This document shows positions 26,948 to 36,200 of a DNA stretch of 52,238 nt, piece by piece (position 1 is the stretch's first letter; every line of letters begins with the position of its first letter). The notes below the pieces were generated by a model. That model made no database searches and was not told the DNA's origin. It saw only the letters and a program-made list of their open reading frames with translations. The stretch lies in the NCBI GenBank assembly GCA_023659985.1, contig JAGXOH010000001.1:1-52238 (forward strand). Direction: 5' to 3'. The stretch is from Candidatus Falkowbacteria bacterium LH_S3 (lineage in GTDB: Bacteria; Patescibacteriota; Patescibacteriia; Patescibacteriales; JAGXOH01). The translations under genes and the position numbers were made by a program.

Positions 26948-28219
26948 TTAACCAAACATTATCCACCCCGGTTTTAATATCAACAAGATCCCAATTATTA
27001 ACATTACTATTCCCCCTATCAAGTTGGCCCATTTTGTATACTTACTACTAATAAATTTCATTTGCAAGGCGCTCATAGCCAACACAAAAATCACTACATC
27101 ATCCAAAATAAAAACTATAATATACAGAACCAAATAAACGTAATATTTCCAAGTGGCCAAATCAGACAAGCTTAGGATCTGAGTATACACCGCAGGCAAA
27201 CCGGCGCTACACACCAGCTCCACCATATTAACTGCCCCGGCTAATAAAATTATTCCTAATAAGGAAATAATAAAACTCTTTTTATTGATGATATCTTTGA
27301 GTTTTTGAAAAACCTTCTGTCTCTTTTTTCCGTCAGTAACCTTGCAAGATCCCTCTGGGTTAGTAATAAATTCTTTAAAGTGATAACCGCCGCTAGCCAA
27401 CGCTACCAGGCCGATCAAGATTCTTATCCATAAAATAAAACCTAAAAATAAAAATAAATTAAGCCAAGCGCTTAAAAATAAAAAATAGACAATGCCGGAA
27501 AATAGAATAAACGTTCCTCCCAGAATCCACATCTTTTTTTTGCTGTCCATTCCTAACAATAAACTGATCAAAAACAAAAGCACCCACATAGCACAAGGAT
27601 TAAACCCATCCAATCCCCCGACAATTATAGTTAAAGCAGGCAAAGAAAAATCCTTGGTCTGGATGGTGCCAAATAGAGGAAGCTTAATCTCCTTAGGTAG
27701 TTTCTCTTCATTCCCGCAACTTTGGCCATTTTGTTTTTGATTAACATCTTCCAATATGGGCTTCACCCTGTTAGAACACCCTTTTTCTGAATAATAATCC
27801 AATGTCGACCGAATTCGACTGCCAGTAGTTTTTTCGTTATAGAAACCAATAAAATGCTTATCTCCAATAATAAGCGCGGGGACGCCAGAAGTATTGATAT
27901 TTAATTGTTGAGCAATAGATGACAGCAATTTGGCGTTTTGAGGATGATTCCAGACCTCATAACTATGAATATTGATACGCGGATACTCTTCTTTCATTTT
28001 TTCCAAAAACTGTTCTTCTTTATGGCAATGAGGACATCCTTCTCCGTAAAAAAAATAAACGTCTATGCTATCAACCTCATTTTCTTCTTGCTGTAAAAAT
28101 TGATCTTCAGCGGCATTTACTTGATGAATAAAAGGAATATTTTTTGAAGTATAAAAAAATAGACTCAAAAATAAAAATAAAACTGCTGAAATTTTCCAAA
28201 ATTTATTTTTTGTAAGCAT
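26948..28219 (-). CDS. Thioredoxin-fold (CPHC) domain fused to a CcdA/DsbD-like thiol-disulfide transmembrane domain
   Basis: FFYGEGCPHCHKEE redox motif, and a membrane core with GGLDGFNPCAMWVLLFL. Confidence 0.75.
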   Translation of the reverse strand: MLTKNKFWKISAVLFLFLSLFFYTSKNIPFIHQVNAAEDQFLQQEENEVDSIDVYFFYGEGCPHCHKEEQFLEKMKEEYPRINIHSYEVWNHPQNAKLLSSIAQQLNINTSGVPALIIGDKHFIGFYNEKTTGSRIRSTLDYYSEKGCSNRVKPILEDVNQKQNGQSCGNEEKLPKEIKLPLFGTIQTKDFSLPALTIIVGGLDGFNPCAMWVLLFLISLLLGMDSKKKMWILGGTFILFSGIVYFLFLSAWLNLFLFLGFILWIRILIGLVALASGGYHFKEFITNPEGSCKVTDGKKRQKVFQKLKDIINKKSFIISLLGIILLAGAVNMVELVCSAGLPAVYTQILSLSDLATWKYYVYLVLYIIVFILDDVVIFVLAMSALQMKFISSKYTKWANLIGGIVMLIIGILLILKPGWIMFG

Positions 28220-28222
28220 AAT

Positions 28223-28534
28223 TTATTCTTCTTTTAATATTCTTATTGCCTTGCCGCTAATTAAAGCCGAAGTAATCTTCTTGTTGGCTGAAACCAAGAT
28301 CCTTTGAAAAGTGCTTTGCGAAATTCCCATTTTGCGCGCGCATTGTTCTTGATGTAAATTTTGAATATTTTTTAATCGTAACACTTCTAACTCCTCAGGA
28401 TAAAGAAACTCCACTTGCAAATTCCGCAATGGAATGCCCCCTGGTTTAAAATAGGACGCTTTAGGAGTAAAATCTATTTTACGCGGCGACTTTGGCCTTC
28501 CTCGAACTCTGCCGCAATTTCTATGTTTTTCCAT
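28223..28534 (-). CDS. DUF134 (UPF0251) putative DNA-binding protein
   Basis: GRPKSPRKIDFTPKASYFKPGGIP...LYPEELEVLRLKNIQNLHQEQCARKMGISQSTFQRIL matches the family layout. Confidence 0.8.
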   Translation of the reverse strand: MEKHRNCGRVRGRPKSPRKIDFTPKASYFKPGGIPLRNLQVEFLYPEELEVLRLKNIQNLHQEQCARKMGISQSTFQRILVSANKKITSALISGKAIRILKEE

Positions 28535-28720
28535 AGCTTTTATTATATATTAAATATTAAATTAAACAATGACACTAACAAAAGGATAAACCATTCTGAT
28601 AAGTTTACCCTTTTGAATTTTCTGCTTTATTGTCATCATCCATCTATTCTTTCTAAGACTTTTTTTTATCTAATACTCACTTTTCTCTCTTTGAATTTCA
28701 GCTAACTCTTCCTTGAATTT

Positions 28721-28903
28721 TTATTCTTCCTCATCCAATCCTCTTTTTTTGTCTTCAATAGTCCGTCCTTTTTGGTATCGACTCGACATGGAACTGTTGC
28801 CGAAGCCTTGTCTTCTCCCTCTATAACCTCTTCCACAAGGCCCCATCCTGTTGCCAGTCATAGGTCCCATACTCGAAGGACCGGTTCCGTCTCTTTTTGG
28901 CAT
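28721..28903 (-). CDS. DUF5320 family small protein
   Basis: MPKRDGTGPSSMGPMTGNRMGPCGRG is the family signature. I prefer the start at the internal M rather than the track start at 28930. Confidence 0.75.
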   Translation of the reverse strand: MPKRDGTGPSSMGPMTGNRMGPCGRGYRGRRQGFGNSSMSSRYQKGRTIEDKKRGLDEEE

Positions 28904-29077
28904 ATTTTTTTTATTTGTTTCACTAAACATTTATAAGGATAGCAAAACAAATTTATTAATTATTTACTCATTATTTATAATATATACCCAAAATTAAATT
29001 ATGTCAATACTCTAAAAAACCTCCTAGAATTTCGAGTCCCCAAAGGTTGCAAAAATGAAAGAATAACCTTTATATAA

Positions 29078-29755
29078 TTAAAATAAATATTTATTCCAAT
29101 TTTCTTCATCTATATCCTCAAGTTTATTCGCATCTGTTACCAGATATTTTCCGATAGCCGATCTTCTCAAAGTCCTGAGATAACCGCCACAACCCAACTT
29201 TTCCCCTATATCGTGAGTTAGAGAACGAATATAGGTGCCGGTTCCGCATTTTACATTAACCTTAACAATATTGCCATCTACACTAACTAAGTCTATATCA
29301 TATATGCGAACACTAACAGAACTCCTTTCCACTTCTATGCCTTCCCTGGCCATTTCATAAAGTTTTGTGCCTCTAACTTTCTTAGCGCTATACATAGGAG
29401 GAATTTGCTCAATAGTTCCAACAAAACTGAATAATGTATCCTTAATATCTTTTTCATTAACAGTATATGAATTATTCACATAGATTATTTTTCCTTCCTT
29501 GTCATATGTATCTGTTTTTGCACCTAAAAATATTTCCGCTTCGTATTCTTTGTCCAACTTCATAAACTTGCTTATATTTTTAGTGGCTTGCCTTCCGACG
29601 CCTACAATCAATAATCCAGTAGCCATAGGATCTAATGTCCCGGCATGGCCGATTTTCTTTATTCCAATTATAGCTCGCAATCTTTTTATAACATCATGAG
29701 AAGTAATTCCCTCTGGCTTGTTAATCAATATAAACCCACTTGTTGTTTTATTCAT
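29078..29755 (-). CDS. truB: tRNA pseudouridine(55) synthase
   Basis: GFILINKPEGITSHD, HAGTLDPMATGLLIV (catalytic Asp), PPMYSAKKV. The start at M24 avoids overlap with the upstream gene. Confidence 0.92.
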   Translation of the reverse strand: MNKTTSGFILINKPEGITSHDVIKRLRAIIGIKKIGHAGTLDPMATGLLIVGVGRQATKNISKFMKLDKEYEAEIFLGAKTDTYDKEGKIIYVNNSYTVNEKDIKDTLFSFVGTIEQIPPMYSAKKVRGTKLYEMAREGIEVERSSVSVRIYDIDLVSVDGNIVKVNVKCGTGTYIRSLTHDIGEKLGCGGYLRTLRRSAIGKYLVTDANKLEDIDEENWNKYLF

Positions 29756-29765
29756 TGATTTTTTA

Positions 29766-30053
29766 TTAAAATCTAATACTAAAATCGAGATAACCGACAA
29801 TCTTATCACTAAATTCATAATCAATACTGGTAACCGAAGCGGTCTGCGAACCTTGTCTGCACCATTTTATCATTTTCTTTAATTGTTCTTCTTCTCCTTC
29901 TGCCTCTATATACACAGAACCGTCTTTTTGATTTTTAGCCCAGCCAACAACATTCAACTCTTCAGCTTTTTGCTGAGCTGACTGCCTATAAAACACTCCT
30001 TGAACTTTTCCGTAAATTTGGATATTTACATGTTTCATATGTTTATATAACAA
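29766..30053 (-). CDS. acyP: Acylphosphatase
   Basis: IYGKVQGVFYRQSAQQKAEELNVVGWAKNQKDGSVYIEAEGEEEQL. Confidence 0.88.
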   Translation of the reverse strand: MLYKHMKHVNIQIYGKVQGVFYRQSAQQKAEELNVVGWAKNQKDGSVYIEAEGEEEQLKKMIKWCRQGSQTASVTSIDYEFSDKIVGYLDFSIRF

Positions 30054-30194
30054 ATTTTTTCTTTCTTATAAATATTCTATTAAGAATATTTTAAAAAATC
30101 AATCAATATTTGGTTTTGGCTATTAACAAAACATGGCTTAATATCATTTAATTAAGATGATCTACAATAATCATAAAAACAAAAGGAGGGGAAA

Positions 30195-30527
30195 ATGAAA
30201 ATTAAAATCCAATTACCGGAAAAAATTGAAGAAAGAATAAGTCATTTAGGATCATATTCCTACCTATTCTTGAAAGATGTGATAACAAACATAACCATGG
30301 AGCAAAATGGTGGAGATGTTAGTTGGAATCTTGTCAAAATTGAAGCTCTTAAAAAAATTGGAAGCAACTAGGGTGTGATCAAAGTATCAAAATCCAACAA
30401 AATCATTGAATGTGATCTACCTCCTAATGTTTCAGGACTGGTAGTAACCCTTTTAGAAACTGCTAAATCCAGATTGGAAAAGAAGATGTTAAGGAAATCA
30501 TTATTACTCGTTTTGAAATCTTTATAA
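30195..30527 (+). pseudogene. Hypothetical 110-codon frame interrupted by an in-frame TAG at 30369-30371 (the first 58 codons have a strong SD)
   Basis: AAAGGAGGGGAAAATG ribosome-binding site. The frame continues ...KKIGSN*GVIKVSKSNKIIECDLPPNVSGLVVTLLETAKSRLEKKML. Confidence 0.4.
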
Positions 30528-30584
30528 AAACATGAAAAATCAAATTATCAATCAAAGAGGCTTTGCTCCGATTGTGATAATAGG

Positions 30585-30617
30585 AATTCAGGACGTTTCC
30601 GGGAAACGTCCCGAATT
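30585..30617. repeat. Family-C hairpin element, copy 1
   Basis: AATTC-A-GGACGTTTCC-G-GGAAACGTCC-C-GAATT. Related copies lie at 32359-32381 and 47554-47584, and the A/C mismatch is conserved between copies 1 and 3. Confidence 0.8.
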
Positions 30618-30784
30618 TCCTCTTACGTCTCTAACGGGGCTAACGCAAAAGGATTCCCAAATTGTTATTGAAAATAAAAGCGAGAAGGCAAGATATGAAT
30701 CTCTTCAATTTGATAGTTTCGCAGCTGAAGAAAAATCGAGCAAAGTCTAAGCAAATGGATGTGTATAACTTTTTTACATTACGC

Positions 30785-30813
30785 TTGACAAACAATTTTA
30801 CATCGCTTACAAT
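30785..30813 (+). promoter_or_regulatory. Near-consensus sigma-70 promoter (TTGACA-17 nt-TACAAT) for the HNH/antitoxin/toxin operon
   Basis: TTGACA at 30785-30790, a 17-nt spacer, TACAAT at 30808-30813, lying 45 bp upstream of the 30859 ATG. Confidence 0.6.
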
Positions 30814-30858
30814 CAATTAAGTTAGGTTAAAATAATTATTAATTTTAATGTTAGAACT

Positions 30859-31068
30859 ATGGCTAAAAGAGAACGCTCACAAACAAAACTTCAAAAAGTT
30901 TTGGAACAAAAAGGATACTCTAAAGGCAAAGTACCGAAAGGCAAAGTTGCCCATCATGTTAAACCTGTTGCGGAAGATGGTAAGACAACTAAGAAAAATA
31001 TTAGAATTATTCCAAAAGAAAAACACAAAAAAATACACACTAACAGAAAAGAACGCAGTAGAATATAA
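30859..31068 (+). CDS. Mini HNH-motif protein (69 aa)
   Basis: VAHHVKPVAEDGKTTKKNIRIIPKEKHKKIH fits the HH...N...H(x3)H pattern. The overlapping frame 30848-31111 was rejected. Confidence 0.55.
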   Translation: MAKRERSQTKLQKVLEQKGYSKGKVPKGKVAHHVKPVAEDGKTTKKNIRIIPKEKHKKIHTNRKERSRI

Positions 31069-31070
31069 CT

Positions 31071-31847
31071 ATGCTTTCAAAATTTATTCAACAATTGCGA
31101 AAAAAGAATAATCTGACGCAGAATTTTTTGGCGTCCAAAATCGGCGTGTCTCGTCCGACCTATATGCAAATTGAACAAGGTAAACGGGACTTAACTATTA
31201 CTGAGGCAGAAAAACTGGCTTTTATTTTTGGTATTTCGTTTGAGGATTTTAGGCGTGCCAAAGATTCTTCCATTACTGCTGAAATTAAGAAGGAAAAAAT
31301 GAAATCAAAGGCAAAGAAACAAGAAATAAGAATCAGTGTGCCGCAAAAAAATCTTGAAAAATTTAAAGAAGTTTTGCTTTATATTTTATCAAAAGTTGGT
31401 GGCAAATCTAATGTTGGCGAAGCTGTGATTTATAAACTGTTTTACTTTATTGACTTTGATTTTTACGAAAAATTTGAGGAGCAATTAGTTGGCGCGACTT
31501 ACATTAAAAATCATTATGGTCCTACTCCTGTTGAATTTAAAACCGTTGTTGACGATATGATCCAAGGTGGTGAAGTTGTAAAAGTTAAAGAAAAATATTT
31601 TAATTATCCGCAAAGAAGATATTTAGCGGTCAGAAGGCCAAATCTTGATGTTTTATCCGGTCGCGAAATAGAACATATTGATGATGTTTTGGCGCGGCTT
31701 TCTGACAAAAACGCTAAAGAGATGGAAAATTATTCCCACGAGGATATTCCTTGGAAAACGGCGGAAGATGGCAAACCACTTTCTTATGAGAGTGTTTTTT
31801 ATCGTGACGAACATTACTCTGTAAGAAACTATGAAGACAGATTATAG
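31071..31847 (+). CDS. HTH(XRE)-Panacea (DUF4065/SocA-like) antitoxin
   Basis: N-terminal LTQNFLASKIGVSRPTYMQIEQGKRDLT. C-terminal KFKEVLLYILSKVGG...IYKLFYFIDFDFYEKFEEQLVGATYIKNHYGPTP is the typical Panacea core. Confidence 0.8.
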   Translation: MLSKFIQQLRKKNNLTQNFLASKIGVSRPTYMQIEQGKRDLTITEAEKLAFIFGISFEDFRRAKDSSITAEIKKEKMKSKAKKQEIRISVPQKNLEKFKEVLLYILSKVGGKSNVGEAVIYKLFYFIDFDFYEKFEEQLVGATYIKNHYGPTPVEFKTVVDDMIQGGEVVKVKEKYFNYPQRRYLAVRRPNLDVLSGREIEHIDDVLARLSDKNAKEMENYSHEDIPWKTAEDGKPLSYESVFYRDEHYSVRNYEDRL

Positions 31848-32172
31848 TGAAATGCCGGAGTTTTCCAAAGAATTTAACCGGTTTTCAAAAAAATATAAAT
31901 CATTGTCAGACGACTTGGAAGAGTTTAAACGCGTTGTTGATGTCGCGCCAATGGGAAATAGCAAGCATTTTAATGTCATTACGCGGAATGAACAATGTGC
32001 TGTTGTCAAAGCACGTTTGTTTTGTCGTTATTTAAAAGGATCGTCACTCCGAATTATTTACGCTTTTCATTATCAAAGTTATAAAATTGATTTTATTGAG
32101 ATATATTTTAAAGGTAAGAAAGAAAATGAAAATCGTGAAAGAATTCAAGCTTATTTGAAAAATTTTTCTTAA
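31831..32172 (+). CDS. RelE/ParE-superfamily-like toxin
   Basis: Overlaps the antitoxin stop. Contains KKYKSLSDDLEEF...VVKARLFCRYLKGSSLRIIYAF...IDFIEIYFKGKKENE, a RelE-like beta-core pattern. Confidence 0.6.
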   Translation: MKTDYSEMPEFSKEFNRFSKKYKSLSDDLEEFKRVVDVAPMGNSKHFNVITRNEQCAVVKARLFCRYLKGSSLRIIYAFHYQSYKIDFIEIYFKGKKENENRERIQAYLKNFS

Positions 32173-32186
32173 TTCAGCCACACTTA

Positions 32187-32281
32187 CCATCCATTTTGAT
32201 TTGTGGCGCAAATCAGTTGCTTGCTTGCGAAACCCTAAAGCAGAATAAATCTGCTATGGAGTAAGCGGATAAGGTGGATGG
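32187..32281 (+). ncRNA. Candidate structured RNA/DNA element (three-way junction); strand uncertain
   Basis: P1 CCATCCA/TGGATGG (32187-93 / 32275-81). P2 TGATTTG-TGGCG-CAAATCA (32197-215). P3 GCTTGC/GTAAGC (32223-28 / 32261-66). P4 AGCAGA-ATAAA-TCTGCT (32239-55). Confidence 0.3.
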
Positions 32282-32358
32282 GCGTTAAAAAATTGAAAGA
32301 GAATTGTATTTTAATTAACTCAATTAACTCAACCCGCCCGAGTTAATCAATAGAAACT

Positions 32359-32381
32359 GGGACGTTTCCCGGAGACGTCCC
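32359..32381. repeat. Family-C hairpin element, copy 2
   Basis: GGGACGTTTCC-C-GGAGACGTCCC followed by GGTCTTCGTTTCTTT. Confidence 0.8.
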
Positions 32382-32669
32382 GGTCTTCGTTTCTTTGCAG
32401 GAAGATTTTGTTTTTATTTCTCTATAGCTTTTACTAAAATATCTTTAAGTTTCGGAAATATGCTTTTTTTAAAGTTTTTTAATGTTTTTGACACATTGCT
32501 TCCTAAAAGCTTCTCTATTCCAAAACCTGTCTCTTTAGATAGACTTCTGTTTATGTGAGAGAAAGTTAAGTCTTGTACAATACAAAATGAGCTTCAAATG
32601 AAATCCATTTCTAACACAAAATGAGCCTGAATTAAGGTCTATTGTGTAATAAAGTGTGAGTCGTCATAA

Positions 32670-33026
32670 TTGAAGTATATGACAATACAAATGGACGACT
32701 CACACATTGTAAGTATTACACAAATTAAAGAATTTTTAAAGCTCAATAACAGTATTCAGTTTAAATCTGTTTCCAAGAAAGAAAGGAATCAGTGGCTGGA
32801 ACAGGTTATAATTCGGCTAAGATATTTTAAGCTAAGAAAGAAAGACAAAACCCTTGTAAAAAAATACATAATGCGAATAACTGGATTATCTGACTCTCAA
32901 TTAACTAGACTAATTGCCAGAAAAAAGAAGTTTGGTAAAATCTGGTTTAAATCAACCAGAAGACATTGTTTTCCAAAAAAATATACCCCAAAAGATGTAG
33001 CTCGCTTAATTGAAAAGAACAATTGA
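32670..33026 (+). pseudogene. N-terminal fragment of a transposase/integrase (HTH region only)
   Basis: ..HIVSITQIKEFLKLNN..FKSVSKKERNQWLEQVI..ITGLSDSQLTRLIARKKKFG..RRHCFPKKYTPKDV, with no catalytic domain following. A paralogous 43-aa fragment lies at 41226-41357. Confidence 0.55.
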
Positions 33027-33074
33027 TAAAAAGCTTGATAATCTTTACAAGGTCTATCAGAATAAAAATAAAAC

Positions 33075-33166
33075 ATTAAAAGTCGATATTAAAAAAGAAG
33101 ATTTCGGTCAGATCTTCAAAACTAACTTAAACCCTATTTCAGTTAGATAGTTAAATTGCTTGACAC
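33075..33166. repeat. ~92-bp repeat shared with 17429-17520 (transposase-tail remnant ending in TTGACAC)
   Basis: ATTAAAAGTCGATATTAAAAA(A)GAAGATTTCGGTCAGAT(T/C)TTCAAA..ACTAACTTAAAC(T/C)CTATTTCAGT(C/T)AGATAGTTAAAT, aligned by eye at roughly 90 percent identity. Confidence 0.8.
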
Positions 33167-33194
33167 AAGTATGGACTTTCTATTTTCTTTCTAT

Positions 33195-33209
33195 TATACT
33201 ATAAGTATA
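33195..33209. promoter_or_regulatory. Perfect palindrome TATACT-ATA-AGTATA 29 bp upstream of the LexA-fusion ATG; candidate operator
   Basis: Read directly. It shares the 13-mer ATACTATAAGTAT with the dprA-upstream palindrome. Confidence 0.45.
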
Positions 33210-33237
33210 AAATTAATAAAAAGTAAAGTCAAATATT

Positions 33238-36200
33238 ATGTTAACAAAAAGACAAAAACAAGTTTTAGACTTTATATCCTCGTATCATAAGAAAAAAGGA
33301 TATTCCCCCTCTTTGGAAGAAATACGCAAAAAATTTAAACTTGCTTCTGTTTCAACTGCCCATTTTCATGTAAAAAAATTGCAAGATTTGGGATTTATAG
33401 GAAAGCAAGACAACAGACCGAGATCAATTGATGTTTATGAAAGTGAAAAAATGGTTAATATTCCATTGCTTGGTTTAATTGCGGCCGGGCAACCTATTGA
33501 ACCAATACAAAGCCAAAACAGGGAAACAATTGCCGTTCCAAAAAGCAAAATATCTCACAGTGGTGAATTTTATGTTTTAAAAGTAGTTGGTGACAGTATG
33601 ATTGATGAAAATATAAATGACGGTGATTTGGTTTTGGTCAAACAACAAGATACTGCTGAAAATGGACAAAAAGTAGTCGCCCTTGTAGATAACTACGAAG
33701 CTACCTTAAAAAAATTTTATAAGGAAAAAAATTATGTAAGATTGCAACCAGCAAATAAAACAATTGAACCGATTATTATAAAGAGGGATAAAGAGCTAAC
33801 AATACAAGGTATTGTTATTGATGTAATAAGAAATGAGGAAGAAATACAAGCAGAAAAACTTTTGGAAAATAAAGAAATAAAAAGGAATAAAACGCTTCCT
33901 TTGAATAAAATTATTTTGGGAGATGCTGTTGAGGAATTAAAAAAACTGCCAAATGAAAGTTGTGATGTAATTATTATTGATCCTCCTTACAATATCGGAA
34001 AGGATTTCAATAATAATTTAGATAAACGAGAATTAAAAGAATACGTAATTTGGTGCAAAGAATGGATAAATGAATCAATTCGTGTAATGAAGCCAACTGG
34101 CACGATGTTTATTTATGGATTTAGTGAAATACTTGCTTATCTTTCCGTAGAAATTCCAATCAATAAACGCTGGCTGATTTGGCATTACACAAACAAAAAT
34201 GTTGCCTCATTAAATTTTTGGCAAAGAAGCCATGAAGCAATAATCTGTGCTTGGAAAGATAAACCTGTTTTTAATAAAGATGAAGTCAGGGAGCCATACA
34301 CCGAAGGATTTTTAAATGGAGCAGCCGGAAAAGTTAGGAAAGGAACAGCTGGAAGATTTAGCAGTAATGGGAAAGAAACTGTTTACAATGCACATGCGGA
34401 CGGGGCATTACCCCGCGATGTTATAAAAATCCCAGCTTTAGCTGGTGGAGCTGGTATGAATGAAAGATGGTTTATATGCAAAACTTGTAAAAATCAAGTT
34501 TTTGAACCAAGAGAATTAAAAAATCATACTGATCATGAAATAATTAAACACCCCACGCAAAAACCTCTTAAATTATCGCGAAAATTAGTAATGTCCGCTA
34601 CTCCCAAAAAAGACGGGGTTGTATTGGTACCCTTTGTTGGTACGGGCTCTGAATGTGTAGCGGCAAAAGAATTAGGGCAATCTTACATCGGCTTTGAAAT
34701 AAATCCCGATTATATTAAACTTGCCAAAAAATATTTGGAAAATCAACTTGTAAGCAAATCAACAAAAGAAAACGAATATATTTTTTCGAGTGAATATGTA
34801 AGTGAAGATCAAATCAAAGAGCTAACCTCTCGCTTGATTGAATTTAGAGAAAACAATTTATCGCGATACGCACTTGATATAAAAGATACGATTTATAGAA
34901 AAGAAATTTTAGATTCTGCAATTTTACAAAATGTATTTCTTTATATTGTTAAACAGAACGCGATAGAGGTAACAAATCAAAATGTCCAAGAAATTTTAGA
35001 GCAATTGCAGATTGATGGTGTAGGACTAGCTACGAGAGAAAAACAGGAGCTAGAAAAGATTTTGAATGTCTATAATTTAGAGGAGACAAAAGAAGACATT
35101 TTAGGATTTATTTATCAAAGTATTCGTCCACAAACTGATCGAAAAGAAGCAGGTCAATATTATACGCCGAACAAGGTTGTTGATTTTATTATTGAAAATA
35201 CCGGCATTGATATAGAAAAAGACAAAAATCTAACAATACTTGATCCGGCTTGTGGCTCTGGCCAATTTCTCTTGCGTGCCTATGACAAACTTTTAGCGCA
35301 ATATAAAAAACTTAGTACGTCAGATACAGAGGCTCATAAAAAAATTATAGAAAAACACCTTTACGGCATGGACATTGACCCCATTGCTTGCGCACTAACA
35401 AAGGCGAATCTTTACTTACGCAATCCAGATATCAAAGAGTTAAACTTTAACATTCATCAAGTAGATTTCCTCAAAAAGGATTATAATTTGATTGAACCTG
35501 ATCCTTTCCATAAAATCTATAATCAAATTGATTTTGTAATTGGTAATCCACCATGGGGAGCAAAACTTTCAAAGGAACAAAAGAGATATTTCGAAAAATA
35601 CTACAAGATTGGTAAGGTTGGTCTCAACACCTTTACACTATTTATTGAAAGAGCTTTAGATTTTCTGGAAAATAAGGGAAAGTTAGGATTTCTCATCCCT
35701 GAAGCCTACCTGAAAATCAAGGTTCATCAGCATTCTAGACTTCAGCTACTTCAAAATGGAAACATTCAAATGTTGGCTACAGGTGGGGAGATATTTAAAA
35801 AAGTATATGCTCCTTCACTTATCCTAATTTTTGAGAAAAATGAAAAAGATAAAAAAGATAATGATGTAATTATTAAAGAGAATGTATTCAACGGACACAT
35901 TAAAGAAACCAAGCTCGCTCAATCTTTATTTCAATCAACAGCAGATAATATTTTCAATATTAATTTTTCCGATGATACTTCGCAGATTCTTCAATACATT
36001 GATTCACAGGATAATAAATTTCTGAAAGACAATACTCTATTTGTTCTTGGAATAGTAACTGGAAATAATAAAAAATATCTTGTAAACAAACCTCTTACTA
36101 AAGAGCACAAGCCAATTATTGTCGGGAAAGATTTGAAAAAATACAAAATAAATTTTAGTGGTAATTACTTTGTTTACGATAAAGAAGAGCTTCAACAGGT

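Noticed and set aside
30054-30600. Search for an attL copy of the tRNA-Ser 3' end at the left edge of the island.
   Set aside because: No match to TGGCGGAGAGGGTGGGATTTGAACC or its complement was seen by eye. The island boundary is therefore inferred only from gene content.
30532-30750. 72-aa ORF in the island.
   Set aside because: Its middle (GIQDVSGKRPEFP) is simply the translation of the Family-C hairpin. It has no RBS and no recognisable domain, so it is probably not coding.
30848-31111. 87-aa ORF overlapping the mini-HNH frame.
   Set aside because: It is an alternative frame of the same DNA. The 30859-31068 frame carries a recognisable HH..N..H motif and ends 2 nt before the next gene, so it is preferred.
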